64,000 bases of DNA from an uncultured Clostridia bacterium (GCA_964441745.1 CAYTYR010000005.1:1-64000), one strand, 5' to 3'. Numbered from the stretch's first letter, positions 51,304 to 61,156 are shown. Program-made: numbers and translations. Notes: a model not told the origin generated them from the letters alone.

Positions 51304-52110
51304 ATGTTGAGACCGGAAGATTTATTTGATCTGCAGGGACACAAGCTAAAAGATCTTTTTGCCAATGCAGAATTTGCCTGGGAAGGTCTCAAGAACCTGC
51401 CAGAATATATCAAAAAAAATATTAAGCCGAACGTGGCTGAAATAAGAAAAGGCAAATCTTTTATTGACCAGGATATTATTGTTGTTGAAGGCAAGGTGCT
51501 CCGGGCTGGTTTTACCATAGAGACTGCTAAAAATATTGCTAAAATTAACGGGGAAACCATTAAAAACGCCACTATTATCTATGCCGGTGTGAGTTTGATG
51601 GATGATGAAATATATCTAGGCCAAGGAACGGTGGTAGAGCCTGGCGCGATGATCAAGGGGCCGACTATTATCGGGGACAATACGGAAGTACGGCAGGGAG
51701 CCTATCTCCGGGGTAATGTCCTGGTTGGAGATAAATGTGTGGTCGGGCATACTACCGAAATGAAATCAGCTATAATGATGGGAGGCAGCAAAGCCGGCCA
51801 TTTTGCCTATATCGGGGATAGTATTCTGGGCCGGGTTAATTTGGGAGCCGGCACCAAACTGGCGAATCTGAAGATAATTGAATCCAAGGTAATACTTAAT
51901 ATAAATAGCAAGAAATATGAAACTGGTTTGAGAAAATTCGGAGCGATACTGGCGGATGGCGTGGAAACTGGCTGCAACAGCGTCACTACGCCTGGCAGCA
52001 TATTGGGCAAAAATACCTTGCTTTATCCCAATGGCACAGCCAGAGGATATTACCCTCCCAATTCGATCATTAAAATAAAACAGTCCCAGGAAATTGAGAT
52101 CAGAAAATAA
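51304..52110 (+). CDS. Stand-alone hexapeptide (LbH) acyltransferase resembling the GlmU acetyltransferase domain
   Basis: VRQGAYLRG, GHTTEMK, HFAYIGDSILG, NLGAGTKLAN, KFGAIL..GCNSV. Confidence 0.8.
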   Translation: MLRPEDLFDLQGHKLKDLFANAEFAWEGLKNLPEYIKKNIKPNVAEIRKGKSFIDQDIIVVEGKVLRAGFTIETAKNIAKINGETIKNATIIYAGVSLMDDEIYLGQGTVVEPGAMIKGPTIIGDNTEVRQGAYLRGNVLVGDKCVVGHTTEMKSAIMMGGSKAGHFAYIGDSILGRVNLGAGTKLANLKIIESKVILNINSKKYETGLRKFGAILADGVETGCNSVTTPGSILGKNTLLYPNGTARGYYPPNSIIKIKQSQEIEIRK

Positions 52111-52128
52111 GCTGGTTCTGGATTGTTT

Positions 52129-52893
52129 TTATTTTAACTGGGCGGCCGCGGCCTGGTCCAGAACTACCGTTACTGTACCCTGGTGCATTTGGATCGCAGA
52201 AGCGGTAATAGCCGAAGATACCGGCCCCTGCAGAGCTTGAGCTACAATAACTGCTTTTTTAGGACCGTTTGCCAACATTAAGGCATGTCTTGATTCCAGA
52301 ATAGTTCCTATCCCCATAGTGACGGCAAAATGCGGCATAACTTCTTTACTTACGCCTGCCTTTTGATAAAAACTTTCATAATTATCGTCGATAGTTTGTT
52401 GGGCGAGTTGCTGCACTCTGGTCCGGGAAGATAGGGAGAAGCCAGGTTCATTAAAGGCCCAGTGGCCATTACTACCAATACCCAATACCTGCAAATCGAT
52501 CCCCCCGGCTTTAACGATCTCTTGTTCATACCAAACACAGAATTTATTCATATCTTTAGCTAAACCATCTGGTATATGAATATTCGCTTTTTGCAGGTTT
52601 ATGTGCTTAAAAAACTCTTCGTGCATAAACCTGGCAGCGCTGCGGTCCTGGTCGTAAGACTTAGTCAGGTCCATCCCAATACCTACATACTCATCCAGGT
52701 TGAAAGTCTTGACTTTAGAGAAATCCAAGCCTTCTTCTTTGTGCATTCGGATCAATTCCTGGTAGGTACCAAGAGGCGTACTGCCGGTAGCTAATCCCAA
52801 CACACAGTCAGGTTTCGATTTGATGAGAGCGGCTATAATTTTAGCCGCAGCCAAGCTCATTTCTTGATAGGTAGCTTTGATTATTATATTCAT
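52129..52893 (-). CDS. nagB: Glucosamine-6-phosphate deaminase
   Basis: GLATGSTP, FNLDEY, LGIGSNGHWAFNEPG, TMGIGTI. Confidence 0.93.
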   Translation of the reverse strand: MNIIIKATYQEMSLAAAKIIAALIKSKPDCVLGLATGSTPLGTYQELIRMHKEEGLDFSKVKTFNLDEYVGIGMDLTKSYDQDRSAARFMHEEFFKHINLQKANIHIPDGLAKDMNKFCVWYEQEIVKAGGIDLQVLGIGSNGHWAFNEPGFSLSSRTRVQQLAQQTIDDNYESFYQKAGVSKEVMPHFAVTMGIGTILESRHALMLANGPKKAVIVAQALQGPVSSAITASAIQMHQGTVTVVLDQAAAAQLK

Positions 52894-52899
52894 GAAAAT

Positions 52900-52928
52900 A
52901 TTATATCACAAGAGAAGGGGATGTACAA
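52900..52928 (-). promoter_or_regulatory. Putative sigma70 promoter for nagB (leaderless spacing)
   Basis: Minus strand: TTGTAC-17 nt-TATAAT (extended TG)-6 nt-ATG; no Shine-Dalgarno. Confidence 0.6.
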
Positions 52929-52935
52929 TAAATCA

Positions 52936-52964
52936 TTGACTAAGATATCAAAATATGTTATATT
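52936..52964 (+). promoter_or_regulatory. Putative sigma70 promoter for tRNA-Leu(CAA)
   Basis: TTGACT-17 nt-TATATT with extended TG. Confidence 0.55.
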
Positions 52965-53027
52965 TATCTAGGCTGGAACCGGACTTTTGTTTTTCCTAAA
53001 AAGCTCCGGTTTTATCTTTGAATAGTT

Positions 53028-53110
53028 GCCGGAGTGGCGGAATGGCATACGCGTTGGTCTCAAAAACCAATGGTCTTAGGGCCTTGTGGGTTCAAGTCCC
53101 ACCTCCGGCA
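53028..53110 (+). tRNA. tRNA-Leu (CAA)
   Basis: GCCGGAG/CTCCGGC acceptor, TTGGT-CTCAAAA-ACCAA anticodon arm, variable arm, GGTTCAAGTCCC. Confidence 0.95.
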
Positions 53111-53233
53111 TTTATATGAAAATAAAGGGCTTGAAGCTGACCCGAACGCCACTGGTCCGAGTGAGGGCAGCCGGCTTCGGAGGAAGCCGCTGAAATAGCG
53201 GCTGGGGGAGAAGAAGTCCCACCTCCGGCATTT
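53094..53233 (+). repeat. 20-bp direct repeat of the tRNA-Leu 3' end around a 100-bp structured spacer
   Basis: AAGTCCCACCTCCGGCATTT at 53094-53113 and 53214-53233. Confidence 0.9.
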
Positions 53234-53399
53234 TTGATCTCTGAAAACAGGTATTTTACAGCTGCAAACCCGTCTTTTTGGCTGCGCCAGCTTCATTTGC
53301 TCCTAACTTATCCCGGTGTTGATAAGCGTCGTCGCTCATTCATTGGCTCGCTCAAAAATACAAGTTTTCGCTGTGTAAAATACTGTTATCAGAGATCAA
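53234..53399. mobile_element. MITE-like element with long imperfect terminal inverted repeats
   Basis: TTGATCTCTGAAAACAGGTATTTTACA ... TGTAAAATACTGTTATCAGAGATCAA; no credible ORF. Confidence 0.55.
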
Positions 53400-53498
53400 G
53401 CCTCAAACCTCACGATAAAAGTAAATTCGAGATTAAAACTTGACAGGGTCTCTAAAAGTGTGTTAAAAATAAAGAGAATGTTTAGAAAACGGTGGGAT

Positions 53499-54515
53499 AT
53501 GAAATACAGAGCAATGAAAAAAACCTTATATGCGCTTATCTGCTTATGTTTATTACCGGCAGGTACCCTCTGGGCGACGATTGAGCAAAATGACGGACTA
53601 AAAAACTTTGCCGATGTTTTGACTTCGCGCAGTGATATTTTCCGTTTAGAAAGTTCTGGTAACATTAACTTGTTACCGGGAAAAGAGGCTCTGGTACAAA
53701 ACTCTTTGAGCCTGGTAGATTACCGTAAACAGCATTTACAGAGTTCTAGTAGCGATGCTTATCCGATGTTGTCCATGAGTGAAGGCTTGCCGTTAAATAT
53801 ACCTGGTAAAGATTTTACAGTAACTGGCCAAACCAAAATAATGAAAATCAAAATATATTATAAAGTAAAATCAGGTGATAATTTATATTATATTGCCAGA
53901 AAATATCGCACTTCAGAAAAAAAGATAATGAAGCTAAATGGACTTAAAAGTGACCTGATCAGGCCAGGCCAAAGGCTAGTAGTAGGAATCAGGGACAAAG
54001 TAATTGAAATACCTTATATTGATGAAAACAGGATCAGGGCAGAGATAGCCAGCCTTAAGGAAAATTTAATCACTGAAGTGGACTCTCCGGCAGAAACATC
54101 ACAGGCAGTTGAACAAAAAGTAGTAGAGATTGCCTTAAAATATCTTGGGCTCCCTTATAAATATGGCGGGGAGAGTTTATGGGGAATTGATTGTTCAGCT
54201 TTTGTACGGAGAATCTGGGGATTTTTTGGTTTGGAATTGCCGCGAACCAGCGGAGAGCAATTCAGGGTGGGACAAAAAACCAGCAGCGGTGATCTGAAAC
54301 CGGGAGATCTGGTGTTCTTTCATAAACAGGGAAGGAAATCAGTATCTCATGTAGGTATCTACATTGGTGATAGCAAATTTGTTCATGCTTCGGGAATTGA
54401 TAACAAAGTCACGATCAGCGATTTGACCCAGGATTATTATAGGCGTTGCTACAAAGGTGCCAGGCGAGTGATTAATTTTATGTTTCCTGAGTTGATGAAT
54501 ACGACGAAGCGATAG
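53499..54515 (+). CDS. LysM + NlpC/P60 peptidoglycan endopeptidase
   Basis: YKVKSGDNLYYIA LysM; YLGLPYKYGG, IDCSAF, LPRTS, PGDLVFF, HVGIY, FVHAS. Confidence 0.92.
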   Translation: MKYRAMKKTLYALICLCLLPAGTLWATIEQNDGLKNFADVLTSRSDIFRLESSGNINLLPGKEALVQNSLSLVDYRKQHLQSSSSDAYPMLSMSEGLPLNIPGKDFTVTGQTKIMKIKIYYKVKSGDNLYYIARKYRTSEKKIMKLNGLKSDLIRPGQRLVVGIRDKVIEIPYIDENRIRAEIASLKENLITEVDSPAETSQAVEQKVVEIALKYLGLPYKYGGESLWGIDCSAFVRRIWGFFGLELPRTSGEQFRVGQKTSSGDLKPGDLVFFHKQGRKSVSHVGIYIGDSKFVHASGIDNKVTISDLTQDYYRRCYKGARRVINFMFPELMNTTKR

Positions 54516-54530
54516 AAGGAGGAGGGCCTA

Positions 54531-54851
54531 ATGAATCCAGAATTTGAGAAGATGCTAGATAATGTAATAAAAAAAGCCGTGGAAATTGGCAAGGTAGTCA
54601 AGGCTGATGCTATTGTTGGCACCCAGATGGGCAAACATAAAGTACAGGAGCTTGATTGGGAAAGAAAAAAAATGGCCAAGCTCTATGAAATAGGCAAAAA
54701 AGCATTATCGCTACATAAAAAAGGTAAATTAGCTCAAGCTGATCTGAACAGTATGTGTGAACAAGTGAACAAAATGGAGAAAGAGATCTCTAAACAGAGA
54801 TCTGCTTTCACCTCTCAGAAAAAGAAACTTAAAAAAGTTTCATTTAAATAA
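54531..54851 (+). CDS. Hypothetical basic coiled-coil protein
   Basis: Strong GGAGGAGG RBS, 106 aa helical ORF, operon position. Confidence 0.65.
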   Translation: MNPEFEKMLDNVIKKAVEIGKVVKADAIVGTQMGKHKVQELDWERKKMAKLYEIGKKALSLHKKGKLAQADLNSMCEQVNKMEKEISKQRSAFTSQKKKLKKVSFK

Positions 54852-54930
54852 AAACCTTGATAGCTTGAAAATATATTGTACAACAATATAGACGGATACT
54901 GTGACTTCCAGCTAAAATAGGAGAGGGTGA

Positions 54931-54971
54931 TCCCCCTAGTTTTACAAGGCAAAACTGGCAGGGGGGACAGG
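54931..54971 (-). repeat. CCTG+hairpin micro-element (long type)
   Basis: TCCCCCTAGTTTTACAAGGCAAAACTGGCAGGGGGGACAGG, homologous to 18093-18135. Confidence 0.75.
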
Positions 54972-55184
54972 CAGTGAGGGCCTAACCTTGTTAGCTTGAA
55001 AAAACGTGACTGATGTGGCTCCGCCCAAAGGGGTGACCCGCCACTAAAGAGCGTTGGCGGGCAGGCAGCGAAGGTTGCCAAGAACGATTGAAAACACGAT
55101 AAACATAACAACCGAGCACCATCAGGGGAAAAGAAAGTTTTCCCCTATGGGGAGGAGAAGGTAGTTAATTTTAGCCGACATAAC

Positions 55185-55257
55185 GGGGGTGTAGCTCAGT
55201 TGGGAGAGCGTCTCCTTGGCGTGGAGAAGGTCAGGGGTTCAACTCCCCTCACCTCCA
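55185..55257 (+). tRNA. tRNA-Ala (GGC)
   Basis: GGGGGTG/CACCTCC acceptor with G3:U70, TCTCC-TTGGCGT-GGAGA anticodon arm. Confidence 0.95.
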
Positions 55258-55316
55258 TATTAAATACGATTACGCCGATTTAAAAAAAGATTACACAGAT
55301 TAAGGAAGGAAAGGCA

Positions 55317-55736
55317 ATGACCATTATTACTAAAGAATTGAGTTTTTGGACCAAAGGCGAAACAGACATTATTGATATTACTACCGAGATCCAGGGAGAG
55401 TTATCCGATGGCAAGCCAAAAAATGGGATTGCGGTGCTCTTTATACCAGGATCAACCGGCGCTTTGATCACTATTGAACACGAACCTGGCCTGGTTTCAG
55501 ATTTTAAAGCCTCGATGGAAAAATTATTTCCGCAGGGAATAGAATATGCTCACAATATGCGTTGGCATGACGGCAACGGTCATTCTCATATCCGCGCTTC
55601 TGTAGTCGGTTCATCTATGACCATACCTTTCCAAAACAGAAAACTGCTTTTAGGCACCTGGCAACAAATTGCCTTGGTTGATTTTGACCTACATCCTCGT
55701 TCCCGCAAAGTGATCATGCAGATTATCGGAGAATAA
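55317..55736 (+). CDS. yjbQ: YjbQ family (UPF0047) protein
   Basis: STGALITIE, NGHSHIRAS, LGTWQQI. Confidence 0.88.
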   Translation: MTIITKELSFWTKGETDIIDITTEIQGELSDGKPKNGIAVLFIPGSTGALITIEHEPGLVSDFKASMEKLFPQGIEYAHNMRWHDGNGHSHIRASVVGSSMTIPFQNRKLLLGTWQQIALVDFDLHPRSRKVIMQIIGE

Positions 55737-55739
55737 GCT

Positions 55740-56291
55740 ATGCAGGTAATTGCCGGCATTGCTAAAGGCCGAAAACTCAAAGCTCTTCCCGGACTGGCTA
55801 CGCGCCCAATTTTAGCCCGCATTAAAAAATCACTATTCGACATTATCCGTTTACCTGTTATTGAGGCTGCTTTTCTAGACCTGTATGCCGGTACTGGCGC
55901 TGTAGGAATTGAAGCGCTGAGCCGCGGTGCCAGGTCCGCAGTATTTATCGAAAAAGGGCCTGAGGCTATTAAGGTAATCCGGGAAAATTTGCAATTGACT
56001 CAATTTTTAGACCAGAGTCAAGTGATACAAGGAAATGTTTTTGACCTGCTGCAAAGAATGGGTCAAGCCTATAATATTATATTTGTCGGACCTCCCTATA
56101 AGCTTGGGGTGACAAAAGATACTATTGCCACAATAGATAAATACCAGGTAATGGCCCAGGATGGGTTAGTAATAGCCCAGCACCATTTTAAAGAACCAAT
56201 GGAGATTAAAATAGGCGGCTTGTTTATGTGCCGGCAAGAACTTTATGGGGATACCCGTTTATCTTTTTACAGAAAAGCAAATAGCAAGTAA
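55740..56291 (+). CDS. rsmD: 16S rRNA m2G966 methyltransferase
   Basis: VIAGIAKGRKL, TRP, LDLYAGTGAVGIEALSRGA, GPPY, YGDT. Confidence 0.9.
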   Translation: MQVIAGIAKGRKLKALPGLATRPILARIKKSLFDIIRLPVIEAAFLDLYAGTGAVGIEALSRGARSAVFIEKGPEAIKVIRENLQLTQFLDQSQVIQGNVFDLLQRMGQAYNIIFVGPPYKLGVTKDTIATIDKYQVMAQDGLVIAQHHFKEPMEIKIGGLFMCRQELYGDTRLSFYRKANSK

Positions 56292-56327
56292 TGTTTTATT
56301 CGAGTCATTCGTAATCAGGAGTTCATT

Positions 56328-57146
56328 ATGAAAGTATGGTTAGCTTTTAATCCGAATAAAGAAAAGGCGAAATTAGCCGTTAAAGAGCTTACGAAATATT
56401 TTCGTAAGAAAAAAATAACTGTTATCAACGAGCAGAAACCGGGAAAGATACTGGGTGCTGATGATCTGGTTGTGGCTTTGGGCGGAGACGGGACCTTATT
56501 ACGGGTAGCCAGGGCGATTGCCGGCTGTAATGTCCCGGTACTGGGTGTTAATCTTGGTGGTTTAGGATTTTTAACCGAAGTTACCCGGCAGGAAATGTAC
56601 AAAACTTTAGACAAGATATTAAAGGGAAATATCACAATTGAAGAAAGAATGATGCTGCAGGCTGAAGTTTGGCGCGGAAAAAAGAAACTTGGTGCATATT
56701 TAGCTTTAAATGATGTAGTGGTTAATTCCAGCCGGGAAGCCAGAGTTGTTAGTTTGGACCTGGCTATTGATAGTAAGCTGGTAGCCAATTACATTGCTGA
56801 CGGCCTGATCGTCGCTACTCCAACCGGTTCCACTGCTTATACTTTGTCCGCCGGCGGCCCGATAGTATATCCAAATATGGAACTGATAATTGTTGCGCCA
56901 ATCTGCCCGCATATGCTGACCTTGCGTCCTTTGATCGTATCTGCTGAAAAAAATATAGCTATTACTATGAAAACCAATCACCAGGTCGGCAATGTTACGA
57001 TGGATGGGCAGGTAGCTGTGCCGGTTAAATTGAATGACGTGATAATAGTAAAAAAAGCGGAGGAAAAATTCCCGCTGATCACTAGCCCGTATAAAAATTA
57101 TTTTGAAGTATTGAGAACTAAGCTTAAATGGAGCGAACGAGCCTAA
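56328..57146 (+). CDS. nadK: NAD kinase
   Basis: GGDGT, GVNLGGLGFL, LND, DGLIVATPTGSTAY. Confidence 0.95.
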   Translation: MKVWLAFNPNKEKAKLAVKELTKYFRKKKITVINEQKPGKILGADDLVVALGGDGTLLRVARAIAGCNVPVLGVNLGGLGFLTEVTRQEMYKTLDKILKGNITIEERMMLQAEVWRGKKKLGAYLALNDVVVNSSREARVVSLDLAIDSKLVANYIADGLIVATPTGSTAYTLSAGGPIVYPNMELIIVAPICPHMLTLRPLIVSAEKNIAITMKTNHQVGNVTMDGQVAVPVKLNDVIIVKKAEEKFPLITSPYKNYFEVLRTKLKWSERA

Positions 57147-57272
57147 TTATTAGCAAAGGCGATGATAAGCTGATAAGATGACAAGATGATAAGTCAGAAC
57201 TCGTTTTGTCAGATTATCTTTTCTTTAAACTTATAATCATATCATCGTATCATCTTATAATCGGATTTTAAA

Positions 57273-58961
57273 ATGTTAGAACAACTAAGTATTAAAAATT
57301 ATGCGCTGATCGAAGACCTTCATGTTAATTTTAATGAAGGTTTTAATGTTTTAACCGGGGAAACAGGCGCCGGGAAATCAATCATTGTGGGCGCGCTTGG
57401 CTTGATCCTGGGTGAACGCGCATCAACGAACATTATTCGCAAAGGCGCTGAATCGTGCAGTATCAGGGCCACATTTGATGTCGCTAAGAACAAACCATTA
57501 TTACATCTTTTGAAACAGCAGGGGATTAGTCTTGATGATTCAACGCTGCTTTTATGCCGGGAGATCAGCGCTGCGGGGAAAAATCGCTGTTTAATCAATG
57601 GCCAGATTATTACCTTAGGCATGCTGGAGAGTATCGGCAATTGCCTGGTAGACTTGCATGGCCAGCATGAGCACCAGTCGCTTTTACAGGCTGCAGAGCA
57701 GTTAAATATCCTGGATGATTTTGGCAGCCTGATGGAGCAAAGGAAAGATGTCGGGGAAATGTATGCCGGTTTGCGGCAACTGGAAATTGAATTGGAAGAA
57801 TTGAATCATCATGAACAGGAACGAGATCATTTTCTCGATCTCTATAATTTCCAGGTAAAGGAAATTAAAGATGCGCATTTAGAACCAGGGGAAGAAGAAA
57901 AATTATCCCAGGACATAAATCTCCTGGCCAATGCCGAAAAAATAGCCCATCTGGTGAATGACGCATATGAATGGCTGTATGAGGAAGAAGGTTCAACCTT
58001 ATCCAAACTGGAAAAGATCAAACAGAACCTGCTTTCTCTGCAAACTATCGACCAAAACCTGAAGACTACCTCAGCTTTGGTGAATGAAAGCATGGTCAAC
58101 CTGGAAGAAGTCAATTCTACCCTGCGTGAATATAAAGATAAAATCATTTTTGACCCGGTTAAACTGGATAGTTTGATCGAGCGTAAGGAGCAGATCAACC
58201 GGCTGAAGAGTAAATATGGGGCAACCATAAAAGATATTCTGACCTATCAGGATAAAATCACGAAAGAGATAGAAAAGCTATCCACTGCTGAGGAAAGTAA
58301 AGCCGGCTTGGCTAAAGAGATAGAACAAGCTGGGATTAAAGCTATGGATAAAGCTAAAAAACTTTCTCTGGCGCGTCAGAAAACCGCTGCTAAGCTGGAA
58401 CAGGAAACAGGGCAGGAGCTTAAAGACCTGGGTTTGCCGAAGATCAAGTTTAAGATAAGCTTGGTGCCGGAAGTGGATAGCCAAGGTGTCCAGCAGTTAA
58501 ACCAAAATGGTTTGGAAAGAGCGGAATTTTTGATCAGTCCCAATGTAGGGGAAGACCTGCAATCGCTGGCCAAGATCGCTTCTGGTGGAGAAATGTCCCG
58601 GATCATGCTGGGATTAAAATCTGTTTTAGCCCATACTGATCAGATCCCCACTTTGATTTTTGATGAAATTGACACTGGCATAGGTGGCAGTATGGCGGAA
58701 ATAGTAGGAAAAAAGATCAATGCCCTGGCTGGCAGGCACCAGGTGGTCTGTATCACTCACTGGCCGCAAATTGCCGGTTTTGCTGCTCATCACCTGCATG
58801 TTTCCAAGGAAGTAATGAAAGACCGGACCTATACCAAAATACAGCTTCTTAAGGCTGACGAACGGGTAAAGGAACTGGCCCGCATGCTAGGCGGGGAGAC
58901 CCTCACGGATATTAGTATAAAACATGCCAAAGAACTCCTCAAAAAAAGCATCTTAAAATAG
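57273..58961 (+). CDS. recN: DNA repair protein RecN
   Basis: TGETGAGKS, HGQHEHQ, ASGGEMSR, FDEIDTG, ITHWPQ. Confidence 0.96.
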   Translation: MLEQLSIKNYALIEDLHVNFNEGFNVLTGETGAGKSIIVGALGLILGERASTNIIRKGAESCSIRATFDVAKNKPLLHLLKQQGISLDDSTLLLCREISAAGKNRCLINGQIITLGMLESIGNCLVDLHGQHEHQSLLQAAEQLNILDDFGSLMEQRKDVGEMYAGLRQLEIELEELNHHEQERDHFLDLYNFQVKEIKDAHLEPGEEEKLSQDINLLANAEKIAHLVNDAYEWLYEEEGSTLSKLEKIKQNLLSLQTIDQNLKTTSALVNESMVNLEEVNSTLREYKDKIIFDPVKLDSLIERKEQINRLKSKYGATIKDILTYQDKITKEIEKLSTAEESKAGLAKEIEQAGIKAMDKAKKLSLARQKTAAKLEQETGQELKDLGLPKIKFKISLVPEVDSQGVQQLNQNGLERAEFLISPNVGEDLQSLAKIASGGEMSRIMLGLKSVLAHTDQIPTLIFDEIDTGIGGSMAEIVGKKINALAGRHQVVCITHWPQIAGFAAHHLHVSKEVMKDRTYTKIQLLKADERVKELARMLGGETLTDISIKHAKELLKKSILK

Positions 58962-58962
58962 T

Positions 58963-58991
58963 TTGACACCCACCCCAAAAATCGCTATAAT
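58963..58991 (+). promoter_or_regulatory. Consensus sigma70 promoter for the oxidoreductase operon
   Basis: TTGACA-17 nt-TATAAT. Confidence 0.75.
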
Positions 58992-59158
58992 ATAAATACA
59001 GTTTTCAGTCGCTAGTCGCTAGTTTAAATACAGTCGCTAGCTGCTAGTTTCTGGTTGCTAGTTTTAATGGTTTAAGGCTGGATACTAGGAACTAGCGAAT
59101 AGAAGCTGATTTTAAAACCAGATACTAGCAACCAGCGACCGCTTTTATGGGAGTACTT

Positions 59159-59362
59159 ATGCCTAAAATCGTCATTGCCCAGAACAAATGCAAGGGCTGT
59201 GAGTTATGCGTTTCAGCCTGCCCGAAAAAGATCATTTGTTTGAGCCAAAAAATGAATAAAAAAGGTTTGCACTATGTTGAGATAATCGACCAGGATAAAT
59301 GTATTGCCTGCGGTTTATGCTTCCAGGTTTGTCCCGATGTAGCGATAGAGATCTGGAAATAG
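59159..59362 (+). CDS. 2x[4Fe-4S] ferredoxin, delta subunit of 2-oxoacid:ferredoxin oxidoreductase
   Basis: CKGCELCVSACP and CIACGLCFQVCP. Confidence 0.9.
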   Translation: MPKIVIAQNKCKGCELCVSACPKKIICLSQKMNKKGLHYVEIIDQDKCIACGLCFQVCPDVAIEIWK

Positions 59363-59375
59363 TTGAGGAGTCGGT

Positions 59376-60413
59376 GTGAAAAAGCTAATAAAAGGTAATG
59401 AAGCTCTGGGTGAAGGCGCCATTCAAGCTGGCTGCGGCGCTTATTTTGGCTATCCTATTACGCCGCAAAATGAGCTGATAGAATATATGTCCCGCCGGAT
59501 GCTGGAAGAAAAACGCGTTTTTGTCCAATCAGAAAGCGAGTTAGCAGCCATTAATATGGTGTTTGGTGCCAGCGTGGCCGGAGCCAGAGCCATGACTTCA
59601 TCATCTTCGCCTGGTATCAGCCTGAAACAGGAAGGCATTTCTTATATGGCTGGCTGCGAATTACCCGGGCTGATAGTAAATGTGCAACGGGGAGGCCCGG
59701 GGTTGGGCAATATTTCCGGCTCACAGGGTGACTATTTTCAGGCAGTGAAAGGCGGGGGGCATGGGGATTACCATCTGCTTGTGTTCACTCCGGGATCAGT
59801 GCAGGAAATGTACGAAATGCCGGCTTTAGCCTTCACTTTAAGCGAAAAATACCGTACTCCAGCGATGATCTTGACTGATGGGATCTTGGCCCAAATGCAG
59901 GAACCGATGGAAATGGTAAAAATTGATGCTTCCAGGTTTAAAGACCGGAACTGGATCTTAGATGGCTGCAAAGGGCGGACGCCGCGAAAAATCAGGTCGT
60001 TATTTATGGAAGAAGGAGTTTTAGAAGCTCATAATCAGCATTTACAAAGCAAATATGAAGAAATTAAAAAACAGGAGCAGAGATACCAGTTAATTAATGA
60101 ACAGGCTGAGATCATGCTTGTCGCTTATGGCATCAGCGCCCGGATTGGCTATACAGCTTTAGAGGATGCCAATAAAAAAGGATTTAAAGTTGGATTGCTA
60201 AGGCCACAAATGGTTTGGCCGTTCCCGGAAAAGATACTAAGAGAACTGGCTCCAAAAGTAAAGGCTTTCCTGGTAATAGAACTGAATGCCGGCCAGATGG
60301 TAGAGGATGTCAAGCTATCGGTCAATGGAAAAACCCCGGTTCATTTTTACGGCCGGTCTGGCGGTGGCTGTATCACTCCAGAAGAAGTGCTAAAGGAAAT
60401 TGAAAAAATATGA
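59376..60413 (+). CDS. 2-oxoacid:ferredoxin oxidoreductase alpha subunit (VorB-like)
   Basis: [31 protein letters not shown]. Confidence 0.9.
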   Translation: MKKLIKGNEALGEGAIQAGCGAYFGYPITPQNELIEYMSRRMLEEKRVFVQSESELAAINMVFGASVAGARAMTSSSSPGISLKQEGISYMAGCELPGLIVNVQRGGPGLGNISGSQGDYFQAVKGGGHGDYHLLVFTPGSVQEMYEMPALAFTLSEKYRTPAMILTDGILAQMQEPMEMVKIDASRFKDRNWILDGCKGRTPRKIRSLFMEEGVLEAHNQHLQSKYEEIKKQEQRYQLINEQAEIMLVAYGISARIGYTALEDANKKGFKVGLLRPQMVWPFPEKILRELAPKVKAFLVIELNAGQMVEDVKLSVNGKTPVHFYGRSGGGCITPEEVLKEIEKI

Positions 60414-61156
60414 AAAAATTATTTTGTAAACCAGAAAGTCTCACTGACACAGACCATAAATATTGTCCCGGTTGCGGGCATGGCATTGTGCACCGCCTGG
60501 TGGCCGAAGTTATTGATGAATTAGGTGTCCGGGAAAAAACTGTTGGTATAGCCCCGGTAGGTTGCGCGGTGTTCGCTTATGATTATTGGAATTTTGATGT
60601 AACTGAAGCTGCTCATGGCCGTCCGCCGGCGGTGGCTACCGGGATCAAAAGAGTTTTACCAGACCGGGTAGTCTTCACCTATCAAGGGGACGGGGATCTG
60701 GCGGCCATAGGGATGGCTGAAACTGTTCATGCCGCTAACCGCGGGGAGAATATTACCGTAATTTTTATCAATAATGCTATCTACGGCATGACGAATGGAC
60801 AAATGGCGCCAACCAGTTTGTTAGGCATGAAAACTAGTACTTCGCCATTTGGCCGGGATGAAAAAATTGCCGGGTATCCCATTAAAGTCGGCGAATTACT
60901 GGCCACCTTGGAGGGTACTACTTATTTGGCCCGCTGTGCCGTAGATTCAGCAAAACATGTATCGGAAGCCAAGAAAGCAATAAAAAAAGCTTTCGAGGTG
61001 CAATTAGCAGGAAACGGTTATTCTATGGTGGAGATACTATCACAATGTCCTCCTAACTGGAAAATGTCAGTACCTGAATCTTTGGAGTATGTACGGAAAG
61101 AAATGATGGCTCAGTTCCCGCTTGGCGTGATTAAAGACAAAACTAAGATATCCTAA
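60410..61156 (+). CDS. 2-oxoacid:ferredoxin oxidoreductase beta (TPP-binding) subunit
   Basis: [16 protein letters not shown]...[13 protein letters not shown]. Confidence 0.92.
   Translation: MKKLFCKPESLTDTDHKYCPGCGHGIVHRLVAEVIDELGVREKTVGIAPVGCAVFAYDYWNFDVTEAAHGRPPAVATGIKRVLPDRVVFTYQGDGDLAAIGMAETVHAANRGENITVIFINNAIYGMTNGQMAPTSLLGMKTSTSPFGRDEKIAGYPIKVGELLATLEGTTYLARCAVDSAKHVSEAKKAIKKAFEVQLAGNGYSMVEILSQCPPNWKMSVPESLEYVRKEMMAQFPLGVIKDKTKIS

Noticed and set aside
53028-54851. Prophage or genomic island at tRNA-Leu(CAA)
   Set aside because: The att-like repeats enclose only 100 bp; there is no integrase or phage gene, and the NlpC/P60 gene lies outside.
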